A stretch of 64,000 nucleotides of DNA from Octopus vulgaris. Lineage: Eukaryota. The notes under the pieces are model-generated. The model had not been told where the DNA came from and did not search any database. It saw only the letters and a program-made list of their open reading frames with translations. Position numbers and translations under genes: made by a program. The DNA is taken from positions 8,742,001 through 8,806,000 of the forward strand of contig OX597832.1 in assembly GCA_951406725.2 (NCBI GenBank). The letters run 5' to 3'. Positions within the stretch are counted from its first letter, which is position 1, and each line of letters starts with the position of its first letter. Below, piece by piece: positions 1 to 12,879 of the stretch.

Positions 1-26
1 TATACACGTGGTGTTCGTTCTCTGGA

Positions 27-60
27 CTTTCCGACGAAGAGCTATGCTCGAAAGGTTAAG
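27..60 (+). ncRNA. Degenerate minimal hammerhead-like motif in a PLE terminal fragment
   Basis: cttt-CCGACGA-a-gagc(tat)gctc-GAAA-ggtt-aag; same layout as 14315-14352, with core substitutions. Confidence 0.45.
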
Positions 61-184
61 AACCAACTCTTTTTCTACCTTTACGGAGCTTCAAGCTAAT
101 GCATTTGTCATTTTGTATATTCTTTTTTTAGTCTTCCGTTTTTAATGTCCAACTTTTAATGTTTGATTTGACTATATAAACATA

Positions 185-194
185 CATACATATA

Positions 195-259
<65 letters not shown>

Positions 260-375
260 ATGTGTGTGTGTGTATGTGCATGTGTGTGTGCGTGTGTATG
301 TGTGTGAGCGTGTGTGTGTGTGCGTGTGTATGTGTGTGTGAGCGTGTGTGTCTGTGTGTGCATATACATACATAC
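185..375. repeat. (TA)n/(TG)n compound microsatellite
   Basis: Directly visible. Confidence 0.95.
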
Positions 376-545
376 ATGGTGACCTGTCAGAATCGTTAGC
401 CCGCCAGGTCATAGGTTTAGAAGCATTCTGTGGTTTTTTTACGCCCTGAGCTCAAATTGCGCCCAGGTTAAATTTGCCTTTCATCTCTCGGTTGAGAACT
501 AAGGTCGATGTAATCGACTTACCTCTTCACTTCCGAAATTTCACG
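376..545 (+). mobile_element. Degenerate tRNA-derived SINE, family A (Nin/Deu-domain-like)
   Basis: cagaatcgttagc...tttgcctttcatc...ggtcgatgtaatcgactta matches other family A copies in the window. Confidence 0.7.
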
Positions 546-574
546 TGAAACACACACATACACATACATATTCA

Positions 575-745
575 TTTTAGTCGAAGAAATTGAACCCAAG
601 ACTTATTAATTGTAAGCCTAGTACTTATTCTATCACACACCTTTGCCGAACCGCTAATTTACGGGGATGTAAACACACCAGCATCGGTCATCAAGAGATG
701 GTCGGGAGCGGGGATAAACACAAACAAACAGGCACACACATAAAT
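575..745 (-). mobile_element. SINE family B (CORE-like), 3' part
   Basis: gtaagcctagtacttattctatc...ccgctaatttacggggatgtaaacacaccagcatcgg is the reverse complement of part of 16343-16736. Confidence 0.8.
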
Positions 746-789
746 ATATATATAGTAGTTTTTTTGGAAAGTATAACTCCTCAAACAAT

Positions 790-987
<198 letters not shown>

Positions 988-1029
988 GTATCTCTCTATC
1001 TGTCTGTTTGTCTTTGTTCCAATCTATTT

Positions 1030-1285
1030 ACGTATACATACATATCTCACTTAATCAAGTGACCGACTAGTCTATCAAATGCTGTTACACATCGCTGGTC
1101 ACAATGTGCTGTGAATTGTTTTAGCCTTCAAAGACTTTGAAGGCTAAAACAATGTTAGCCTACTCAACTAGCCATCCCTCCTTGATCGAAAGTGTGCTCA
1201 TGAACACAACGTACCGCACAATCAAGGAATCGAATCCATGATCTAGCGATCGTAAGTGCAACAGAGTAACCACCTGGCCACGTCT
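1030..1285 (-). mobile_element. Degenerate tRNA-derived SINE (separate family)
   Basis: Minus strand begins gtggccaggtggttac...ggattcgattcc (A/B-box-like). Confidence 0.55.
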
Positions 1286-3284
1286 ATATACATTAGCACG
1301 TTGTCTAAGCCCCGTATGTTTCGGTTTCATGGATGTGAATAAACACTATTATCTCGGATATTTGAGACACACTTTTCGTTCTCAGAATCCTTCTAGATTC
1401 AGTACATATATCAGCTGTTTATTTTTATATTTTCAAAAATAAATATTGATGAGTTATAGAATTCTATATTAAATAATTATCACCTCGGAAGGAAAAATGT
1501 GCGAACTCACAAATATTTTTGTAATCATTTTATTTTCTGCGGTTCATATTTTAATTTTGTTTCTTGTTGTTTCTGGCTAATTGCTTGATCAAATTGGCTC
1601 AACATAGCCTTTGCTGTTTCGCGTTTTCCTTACCTTCGCTTGTACTAGGTTGGCTTCCTACACATGTAAGTTGAAACACCTCTAATAAAGTAATTAGTTT
1701 GATAGATTGTGGTATTTATTTTGAATAATTGTATTTGTGCTTGTGTTTTTGGTGTCGACTTAAGAACCTTATTGAACTCATTTTTATTACACATAGATTT
1801 TAATAACTGTTATAAACAATGTTTGATTATGACGCTTGAACAACACACTGAACATTAATGCTGCATATTTCATTCAAGTCTCGAAGTTAAGTGTCATAAT
1901 CAAGCTTAGAAAATGAACATAAACTTCAAAAGAGACACTTTTCAAGTTATTCTCGTAAAGCTAATGGATTTTGGTTATTGTCCGCTCATAAAAACGCTTT
2001 GTGCAACATTAAAAATTTCGGTATTTTAATATTTTACAACATTTAAAAATTTCGGTACTTTAATATATTGTTCGTGACAAACAATGTATGCAATTTAAAT
2101 AAAGGCATTTACTATTATCCTTAAACAATTTTAACATAGATTTAGAACAATTTCAGGGTTATGAAGTTCGAGATGGCCTGACACTAAACTGATCCACCTA
2201 TATTAACAACTGCATACCCTGCCCTAAACAGTTCTGGTTTTATATTCTTTTATCTGAAGACTAGTGAGCTCTCTTCTAAGTCGAATAGAACCGAGGACGC
2301 CAAACAGCAGATATTGATTCGTAGTTGTATATTTAATATTCGTATTTTAAACACCCTTCGCACGCAGTTAATCGGGATGAAGATAATTTCGTCACTCGTT
2401 AGTGTAGTTGTTGATGGTATTTAGACCTCTTCATCTGAGGTGAACCTCATTTCATCTGTTCCAGATTTCTGACCCCTGGGAGGAGTACTGACTTTTTCCA
2501 ATTGTGTGGTGTATTGAGAGTTTCATTATTTTCTACATCTTTTTTAAATTGAATTGTCTACAATTTAGTTTCATGCAGGACAGATCTGACGACATTGAGT
2601 GCCACAATTCGACCACTTTCCTCCAACTTATATTTTGCACATTTAACTTAATTTTTAATTATAGAGGGTTTTCTATCATTTGTTCAGCCGCGGCGGCGAA
2701 ACCCTTAACTAAAGATTTGCATGGTTTCTTTTCATAGTTCATATGCTTTTTCGTTAATGATATTGGTAATGATAGGTTTGATGACCAAACTGATGGCAGT
2801 AGTGGAGGTAACAGTGTTCTTGCTGGTGATGTTGCTTTTTTTTCCTGTTATAGTGCGACTGAAATTTCTAGTAGCGAAATGTTACTTTCATGCATTTCCC
2901 CTGCTGTGTTGTTGTTGTTTTGCTGTTGTTGCTATTCCTTTTGCTAACGTTACTACTGCTGAAACTGCTGCTGCTGTCACTTTGTTTTGCAATTTACTTG
3001 TTTTGTTCTTTTCAGCGAGAGAAAAATCCATTTTACTTTTTTTTTAAAACAAAATTGAGGTCCTTGTTTGCTGAAGAAACTCCAATTAATTCCCTAAATG
3101 CTAGATTTGGAGAAAGCCTAACCGACCCTCTAAGGTTCTGGCTAACTCGTCTATATAATGATAACAAATAGTATAGCTTTCCGCAACAATATATATAACA
3201 AATACTTACTGGGTTGATGTGCAATACGTGTCGATGGATGAACAACAACACCAACAACAAAATCAACTACAACAGCAAACATGC

Positions 3285-3346
<62 letters not shown>

Positions 3347-3351
3347 TTAAC

Positions 3352-4142
<791 letters not shown>

Positions 4143-4546
4143 AATAATAATAATCATAATAATATGAAGATGCATATTAGAGAGTGACGGAGAGATAAGT
4201 ATGTAGTCCTTGATAAATTTTAATTTCGACGGGCGTTCATTTACCGATGATTATTTTTGTTGTTGTTTTATGGCTTCTCATCCTGTGTCAGGATTTTGGA
4301 CGCAGTATCAATACCCCACTGTAATATTGCCTCATTTGTACACCAACATATATATTTTCACAAAGTCTTGTTATTCCTTGTCTTGAGATGAAAAAAAAAT
4401 ACAAATTTTCAAAGCCGCATAATAAACAATTTTTTTTCACCGTGAGTATATCTGAGGTTACAAAGAAAAACTATCATTCTCTAAACTACGGTTGCTTTTG
4501 GAGACGCTCGTTATGTTCGGGGCCTGATATTTCATATGTCCACTAA

Positions 4547-4599
<53 letters not shown>

Positions 4600-4606
4600 A
4601 TGCATT

Positions 4607-5009
4607 TATGCATATAATTTAGAGACACGCCTAAATTAAACAATTCAATAAAGAAAAATGTTATTCACACCATATAGAAAACACATACTATAAAAAATAC
4701 ATTATTTAAAAAATCAATACAGTACAATAAATATTAGATATTAGTTGCTACTATTACTACTACTATTTACTATTTACTGTACTTTATTGATAGTAGTTAC
4801 TGCTACTATTATTTACTATTTATTGCAATTTATTGATTTTTAAAATAAACTTTTTTTATAGTATATGTTTTCCAAACTGTGTGAATAACATCTTTCTTTA
4901 TTGAAATAATAGAGGTTTTCCTCTAAATTATACATATGCCATTGTGAAATTTGATTTAAAATTGTCAAATTGAGTTTTTCCTTGTAAGTTTTGGAATTAT
5001 ATTCCCTAC

Positions 5010-5012
<3 letters not shown>
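4607..5012 (+). mobile_element. PLE-like terminal fragment with inverted (fold-back) duplication, in (TA)n
   Basis: ~4607-4735 is the reverse complement of ~4810-4938; end tttttccttgtaagttttggaattattcccta resembles the PLE end at 62750-62785. Confidence 0.6.
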
Positions 5013-5063
<51 letters not shown>

Positions 5064-5076
5064 CAAAATTCTTACA

Positions 5077-5151
5077 TTCGACATATGTTTCAAGACTATA
5101 TTCCTAATTCCGAAGGAATAAAGAGGCATTATGCCGCCTTCTCATCATAAA
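5077..5151 (-). ncRNA. Hammerhead-like motif (C3>A) in a short island between (TA)n arrays
   Basis: Minus: ttt-AUGAUGA-gaaggc...tctt-GAAA-C-AUAU-G-UC-gaa; palindromic stem III, GUC triplet. Confidence 0.6.
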
Positions 5152-5209
5152 GACAAGGAACCTATGTCAGCACCATGACCAACAAAAACTTTTAGATATG
5201 TGCTACTTA

Positions 5210-5267
<58 letters not shown>

Positions 5268-5270
<3 letters not shown>

Positions 5271-6187
5271 CAACGAATTGCCTCACCACATACCGAATTT
5301 AGAAATAGCAGTCAAAGAGTTATAGCTATTCTTTCTACTAAAGGAGATCTCAGTAAACATAGCACTTGAAAGGCAAACACAGACAGGTAAGAGAGAATGA
5401 AATGACGGCAATCTATCATACAATTTTAAGTTACCTACGGGCGTACGTTTCGAAATCAAGTTTTAGGAAAGCATAAGAATTAGAAAATTCTACCTTACCC
5501 AAACTTCTTTTCTCATCAGCGTAGGATACTATAATTATGAATAATTGTATATTAAATTTTGAGATACTAGAAGGCATTATCTCAACTCAGTGTCAGAGCG
5601 AGCCAAAGCATTACCAGTACCACGAAATTCAAAGTGTGAATGAAAGTTTGTGTCACCAGCCCCCTTCCACCCGCGTGTAGCCAAGACAAGATGCTGTGGT
5701 CATTTACTGGGATAAAATATGGTTATCAGTAACAATAAAGGGTGAAATTAATTAATTTATCAGAATAATTATTAATTATTACCAAGTAGATTTCGGCATG
5801 TAAAAGCCTCATTCGAGGAAAATTTAAGTAATACTAAGCAATTAAGGGTTTAGCAACGAATTGCCTCACCAACACACCGAATTTAGAAATAGCAGTCAAA
5901 GAGTTATAGCTATTCCTTCTACTAAAAGGGAGATCTCAGTAATTATTCCAAATTAATTAATTTCACCCTTTATTGTTACTGATAACCATATTTTATCCCA
6001 GTAAGTGACCACAGCATCTTGTCTTGGCTACACGCGGGTGGAAGGGGGCTGGTGACACAAACTTTCATTCACACTTTGAATTTCGTGGTACTGGTAATGC
6101 TTTGGCTCGCTCTGACACTGAGTTGAGATAGTGCTTTTCTAGTATCTCAAAATTTAATATACAATTATTCATAATTATAGTATCCTA
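5268..6187 (-). mobile_element. Non-coding PLE-derived/retrozyme-like element with direct terminal redundancy and an inverted segment
   Basis: 5268-5357 repeated at 5850-5942; 5523-5757 inverted at 5951-6187; flanked by (TA)n. Confidence 0.75.
5434..5525 (-). ncRNA. Type I hammerhead ribozyme motif with long stem II (cleavage triplet GCC, probably inactive)
   Basis: Minus: CCUACG-CUGAUGA-long hairpin-GAAA-C-GUAC-G-CC-CGUAGG; perfect 6-bp stem I. Confidence 0.8.
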
Positions 6188-6189
6188 TA

Positions 6190-7455
6190 TATACTTATAT
6201 ATATATATATATTCATATTTACCTTCAAATGCTTTGCAGATTTAATATTCATATATAAATAATTTATGTTATTATGTATTATAAGACATGATAAATTATT
6301 CACATGCTTGTATTACTATTATATATATAATTTTGAAATTAATGCAGATTTTGAGCTTGATTGTCATTAATTTAAAATTTTTATATATATTAACCCTGAC
6401 TTGTAAAAACGTTATAATATATTGTATTATAGGTTATATGAGTTAGAGGGTAAAATAACCGTCTAAGGGATAGAAGTATCCATTACACTACCGGTATATT
6501 ATGACCCCACAACCTAGTTATTCCCCCTCCTTAACCACACATATTTCTATAATTTTCCTATAGCATAAATTCGTTTCATTGTTTTTACTAATTTCACATT
6601 CCTATTAGAAAACGTTTAGACCATTTTCAACCATAACGTCTTACTTCTTAAATGTCCAAATAGGTCTCTCTCTTAATACTGATTCCATAACATTATTTTT
6701 TTAAGATCTAGTATTTACTAGTCTAAACGTTTTAGGGCCCCTTGCAACATACACCATTTCCCTATCCATTTATTTATTTATCTTACCCCGTATAACGGTC
6801 TCAATAGCTGGTCTTTTTAAAAAAAATTCAACTGACCAATTACACCAAACGTTGGACCTTGGCGTATCTTACTTCTGACAACAAGTGGAAGGGCTTAACC
6901 AAGTACTAGTGAAGAAATAAAAATTATATTTAACCGATTAGCACTTTATTATGATAAATGCTACAAATATAATTATTATAAATTATTATGATTACTCTAA
7001 AACCTTATTGTGTCTTCACCCCTTCTCGGATTAAAGTCTATTGGCGTATCCCACTATAATTTTTATCTTTTAAATCCTTTATCCATCCTATCCCCCCTGC
7101 ACAAAGGATTAATCCACCAATTGCTATTTTGATTTAGTTCTTTATTTAACGTCCCAAAGAGAGACACAATCAAAACCGTATGATGTGAATCATATTCAAC
7201 TTTTCCCATTTCTTCTCTATGCTCTACGTCTTTATTTAATTTTCGCTCTGATGAAGCACCATGTTTCAGATCGGTTTTATTACCAAATATGATAAATGAT
7301 TTTAGCATATCAATGGCAATACCATATAACATTGGAAGCAGAAACAGGTGTAAGATAGGATGCGCCCTATTTGTATTGAATTAATAAATAATAATTCACG
7401 TAAGTCAATTGTTGTTCGTTAATATTTCTCCATTTTCCCGTTTTCCTTATATTTT
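6190..7455 (+). mobile_element. AT-rich non-coding PLE-like tail with degenerate hammerhead at 7248-7352
   Basis: CUGAUGA(7248)-agcaccatgtt...aacattggaagca-GAAAC-aggt-GUA; stem I is weak; the 5' boundary is a guess. Confidence 0.45.
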
Positions 7456-9035
7456 ATTATATGATAAAATACATAATTGTACATGTTTATTAAGTTGCGA
7501 AACAATTATTGTGAAATATGAATAGCCAATGGCAAAGTAAATTATATCATAGCATATTTCTCTCTTTATTCATTATCTTATACACTCCTTATGATTTTTC
7601 TTTTGTATCGTACAATATATGCTATGTGATTTATAGAATAATACATTAAGGTGCGTTTTTTTTTATGAGAACCACCGGCTTACTCGAATCCATATGTCTT
7701 CAGATCTAAACAATCAGACAATAGAAAAATGCACGTTCTCACTTCTGGCAAATAAAGGATAACCTTTATTCTCCACGATAATAAAATGTCGTATTCCAAA
7801 TCTTTTGACTTAGAAAATATTATACGTTTTATATATATTTATGGACTGATTGATCTACCTATTAATGCAATACCGATACAGAACATTCCGAATCTGTAAA
7901 CATACCCAACGAAACAAACCTGAACTCTGTTCAGTTTAATGAGCGAAATTATAATGTAAACCCTGTATATAGTAATGGATTACCAGTAATGATTACAATA
8001 ATCACATCGCCAAACTTAATAATGATAATGGTAGTAATAAACCTAGGAACGATAATAACAGTGAACTATATAGCATTCCAACAAAACTGTTTAATATTAG
8101 ATGCCCTGCTACACGCCCTTTAGATAATAAAAGTCTAATTAACAACATCGTTTACAAATGCGAATTTAATATGCGGAAATCTAAACATCTTTATATATTA
8201 GGGCTACGGTCAATGATTTTAATTCCCACTTACGTAACATGATCAAATCCGAAGACATGGCTGGTAGCACGGTTCGTTCTCAGAAATTTGTGGGTTAAAG
8301 AGGAACATGGGGCTACTCAATTGCAACGGTGATAATTCGAAGGGCAGCACAGCATAGCGGTTCTAACGATAAATAATCATACATTATCATGGATTGCAAA
8401 GATAACATCACTAACCAATTTGACGAAATGATTATAAGATGCTGACATCGATTACGTAAATAGTTCCTCTGCAACAAATCCTTAATTTTATTCGTAAGAA
8501 TAATAATTCATATCAATATCTAAAATATTATATAGTAACTATCTTATCCTAGCTTCTAATAATGTACCTACACGTGTATATTGTTATTTATTATGTTTAT
8601 ATTTCCTCAAAATTATATTCAAATTATATTTCGCCATAGGTCTCAAGTATTATTTACACCCTAAGAAAATAAGAGCGTGATGATGATTAATCGAGGCTCT
8701 AATGTAGTTTCCCATCTAACTCCTCAATATTTTGCTTTTGTACCTAAGTCACCGCCATATTTTATGTAGGTGAATATCTCTGTGGCATATGTTTAATGTT
8801 ATATCGTTCTACGTTTTATATTTTGAATTATGTTTTATCTCTATATAAATATTTGTGCTTAAGACAATATTTATAAATTGTAACGCAGAGATTGGTATAG
8901 TGACACCTACCTATTACGTAATTTTATTTTAATTCTGACTCTATGATTCACGAAGTTAGATATTATCAGGTGTCTTCTAGATACCTCTTTCTCTTTTAAA
9001 TTCACTTATACATACATACATACATACGTACACGT

Positions 9036-9104
<69 letters not shown>

Positions 9105-9857
9105 GTCTTCATCTATAATGTGCATGTTTAATATATATATATATAAATGTCTTCATCTATAATGTGCATCTGTAATGTGCATGTTTTCCTTATATACTTT
9201 CTCTGTTATATAATTTGATTTCCTATTCGGAGCACGATTTTTCTTAGAGTTGCTTATGGATCATATCCTTTGTATCCTCTCATATAGTTATTGCATCTTA
9301 TACTCACACACGCATGCGCAGGAACGCACGTGAGCGGGAACGTACGAACTCACGCATATATACTATCACATGCATACGCATCTACACGTAGTGCAGTTTT
9401 TCTTTTATTCTCTAATTCATTTCTGTTTTTGCTATTCACCATCACTATTGACTATTTTGTGCCTTTTTACCATTCTTTAATAATTAATTTTAGCTACATC
9501 AATATTCAAAAGTTGAAAATTCGTTTATTCTAACGTCTATTTGGCGCGTTTAACACGAGAGAAAATTGAACGACATATCAACTCGAATATAAGCATGTCG
9601 ATTAGGAATTGTTATATTAATATATGAACGCGCCTTCTGTGTTTCTTGACCGATTTATGGAAAGTGGCGTGATTGGCACGTCATCGAATTTCTTACCGCT
9701 CACACTAAGAAAGGCTTGATGTACTTTTCTTGTCTGTCGTAATATTTGAACAAACATTGCAGCAGTAGTTTGCACTAAAAGGTGGCTTATATAATAAAGT
9801 ATGAACAGATCTTAAACTCATGTTATCGACAGATTTATTTTTGGAAACGATTGTATT

Positions 9858-10545
9858 CATGCATACATACATTATGGCTTCCCCCTCGTTATCGAGTAAG
9901 GCCATTACACGAAGCTTAACTGTTTCTGGTGCTGTGATCGGATGTGACCTTTTAGCCCAGCTAAAGATCTACAATGTCTTGTACAGAATTGGCAACTAAA
10001 ACATTTACCGGTAATAGCCGGCTGTAGTTGAAACTGGGCTTCATGTACCTTTGCATGTCGTTTAAGTCCTCTTGCCGAATTACACTCTCTTCCACATGCC
10101 TGACAGATATGATTAATATGGTGTGTAACACCACCACCAGTGGCCAGGTTGTCACTCATCTGTCTCGCTTTATGACTACGAAGATTACTCTTGAGTCCAG
10201 CTTTACTGAGGCAGGGTCTTGCACAGATACTGCATGCCAACATAATAGGAAGACCCTTCCCATCTGGAAGTGTAACAGTGATGCCCTTCCTGACATCCCT
10301 CCTTACTTTCTCTTATGGAACTAGAGATTTCTCAAAAGTGGCTGCCCCTCATGCACAGTCCTTCTCCACCTGCTACGATCAATAGCTATGTCTTCCCATG
10401 TGTCAGGAGAGATGCAAGCATCTCTTAAGGAAGCCTTCAGCAAGTCGTTATACCTCTTTTTTGGTTAATGTGGAGGTCGTTCTCCTTTAGCTAACTCTCC
10501 ATAAAAGAGTAGTTTTGGCATCCTTGAATCCTTCATTCTGACCAG
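9858..10545 (-). mobile_element. RTE-clade LINE 3' remnant with three C2H2 zinc fingers
   Basis: Minus translation VRMKDSRMPKLLFYGELAKGERPPH*PKKRYNDLLKASL...WEDIAIDRSRWR, then ORF 9905-10243; short 3' UTR and (ATGT)n tail. Confidence 0.85.
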
Positions 10546-10552
10546 AATACAC

Positions 10553-10870
10553 GCATACATACATACCTGATGGCTCTCAATTCGCCAGAACGAGAATTAC
10601 AATTCCTGACACGTGAGTGTCAGTTATGTCAGTGCAAGGGTCTAAAGTTGTGTATGACTCCAACGACGAGCACTATTAATATGAAGAAAGGTGAGTACAG
10701 AAAAATATCTCCAGCTCAGTGGGGTCTATACACCAGTTGGCGTTGTAAAGGCATCCCTCTTCGAGGGATACCTTTGCATCGACCAAGGGCCAATCAGCAC
10801 AGGTGGGCTTACTACACCCTTGGATACCAACGCGATTATGTTCGGCATTCTATATCTGGGACCATGATAA
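10553..10870 (-). mobile_element. Short element with an RTE-type 3' tail (possible non-autonomous RTE derivative)
   Basis: Minus end ctcgttctggcgaattgagagccatcagg(tatg)n resembles the RTE tail ctcgataacgagggggaagccataa(tgta)n. Confidence 0.4.
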
Positions 10871-11855
10871 GTGCTCCTGCTTCGGGTAGTATTTCATGTT
10901 TATTATTTTTCTTCGCTGTTTTGGCCTTCGTTGGTTTGTTTTGGCCTTCGTTGATTGAAACTTACTAAGAATGTTGTTTTATTGATTGACCTTAAATTTG
11001 CATCTTTTTTACACCATTCAGTCGAGCATATACGACTGTGTGACCGTGCGTGTTATTTTAGATGTTTCGGATGTTTTAGGGAATCAGAAAATAATGTTAG
11101 GTGGCCACCCGATGTGTAAATATGTCTTATTGTTTCTATTATTTGAACACTAATGTGAATCTTCACCTGCATGAATTTGGAATGTATTCACTGTTGTCCA
11201 GAGTTCAGACCAGCGTGCAAAACGTTTAGATAGGTGTGTCAGCTATAGGTTATGGAGCATTTAATAAGTTCCAATTTTCCGCATATTTACTTTCTCTTGT
11301 GAACTATTAAAACATTCCATAACCTGGAAGCTTCTGTTCAGAGTTCAGTCAAGCAGAGAAAGGTTATGTGAATGTGTGTATCAGCTTTAAATTGTTCAGT
11401 TTTAGTGTACACATTTGTATATGTAATGCTATAAGCTTCACAGAAGGATGTAAGTTGGTTGAAATGCTACTTGGTCGGCAGACATCTCACTGGGGGTTAA
11501 ATTTGTCTGATAATATATTAACGCTCCTATGTATTTGAAGAGCCAGTAGCTGTTGCTTTCATCCGGGGAAAAATGTATTTATAGATATATTGTACTAGAA
11601 ACAAAATATTCTTTACAGCCACTTTTTCGAAATCGGTCTACAAACGATTCAGATTGAACTCAATCTAGTTCGAGATTTCAAAATTTTAATTCATTATTTC
11701 TCTTTTGCCCAACTTTTAAGATGTTAATAGCGTCTTTAGGCGTCTATTACCTAGCGCACGTGGTGAGGCTTATAGCCAATACTTTTAAATATTTAAGGTT
11801 TTTAGTTCTGCGCTGTCACCCTGGTAAAGCCATTAATGATTTTCACACATTATTA

Positions 11856-11975
<120 letters not shown>

Positions 11976-11994
11976 AGTGTAAGAAATAAAATAT

Positions 11995-12877
11995 ATGCAT
12001 ACATACATACCTATATGTACGTACCTACATCTACGTGTATATATACATGCATATATAAATATATATACGTGAGTACAAGACACCACAAATAGACGTAGAA
12101 CTCAACGAGAAACGAAAACGTAAAAACAAATATGGAAACGGACCTTTTTTAACAACGAAAAAACAGAGTACAAGACAAACTACACTAGGAAAATGCCCCT
12201 TCATCAGGTATCCCTAGTTCAACTCCATGCGTGTTTCGAAGGTGAGGACAGAACACAACTCGCCGAACTAGCCCTTCCTGCGAAAGAATTAAATAAAATT
12301 ACGTCGCAGAGGGGTAAAAACAAGGAAAGAAAAAAATGTGACAAAAACAGGACGTAAAAACGATACAAATAAAATTATAAAATAAAATACAAAATAAAAT
12401 ACAAAATAAAAATACAATTACGAAAAAATACAGTACAAGAAATAAAAACAAACAAGAAAACAAACAATGAGGGCCTTATTTTTGCGTAGACGAGGAAAGA
12501 TTCTTAAGAGCGCTGGAAGAACATGTGTTCACTGTTAGTAGGCCGCAGGCGAAAGGAAGTAGTCGCCCGGCTGTGAGAGAGATGAGGACGAGGGAGAGAG
12601 AGAGATAGAGATATAGGAAGACAAGCGGCTGTGAGAGAGATGAGGAGGAGTGAGAGAGAGAGAGAGAGATAGGGAAGGAAGGGAAGGTCAAGCAAAGAGT
12701 TATAAAGTTTCGCGTCATAATTATATATAAAAACTTACTTGGAGGAGATGAAACGAAACGAAACGAATCGAATCGACGCAAAGGCGCTCAGTCATACAAT
12801 AGTGTAATAAATAAAATACATGCATACTTACATACATATATGTACGTACCTACATCTACATGTATATATACATGCAT
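11995..12877 (-). mobile_element. Non-coding PLE-like element with ~58-bp direct terminal repeats
   Basis: atgcatac.tacatac.tatatgtacgtacctacatctac.tgtatatatacatgcat at ~11995-12052 and ~12820-12877; CUGAUGA on minus at ~12201-12207. Confidence 0.55.
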
Positions 12878-12879
12878 TG

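Noticed and set aside
9905-10243. Host C2H2 zinc-finger gene
   Set aside because: Contiguous with RTE C-terminal motifs and the RTE 3' tail; no Kruppel linkers.
10870-11500. Possible further decayed LINE
   Set aside because: I could not read any convincing conserved motif by eye.
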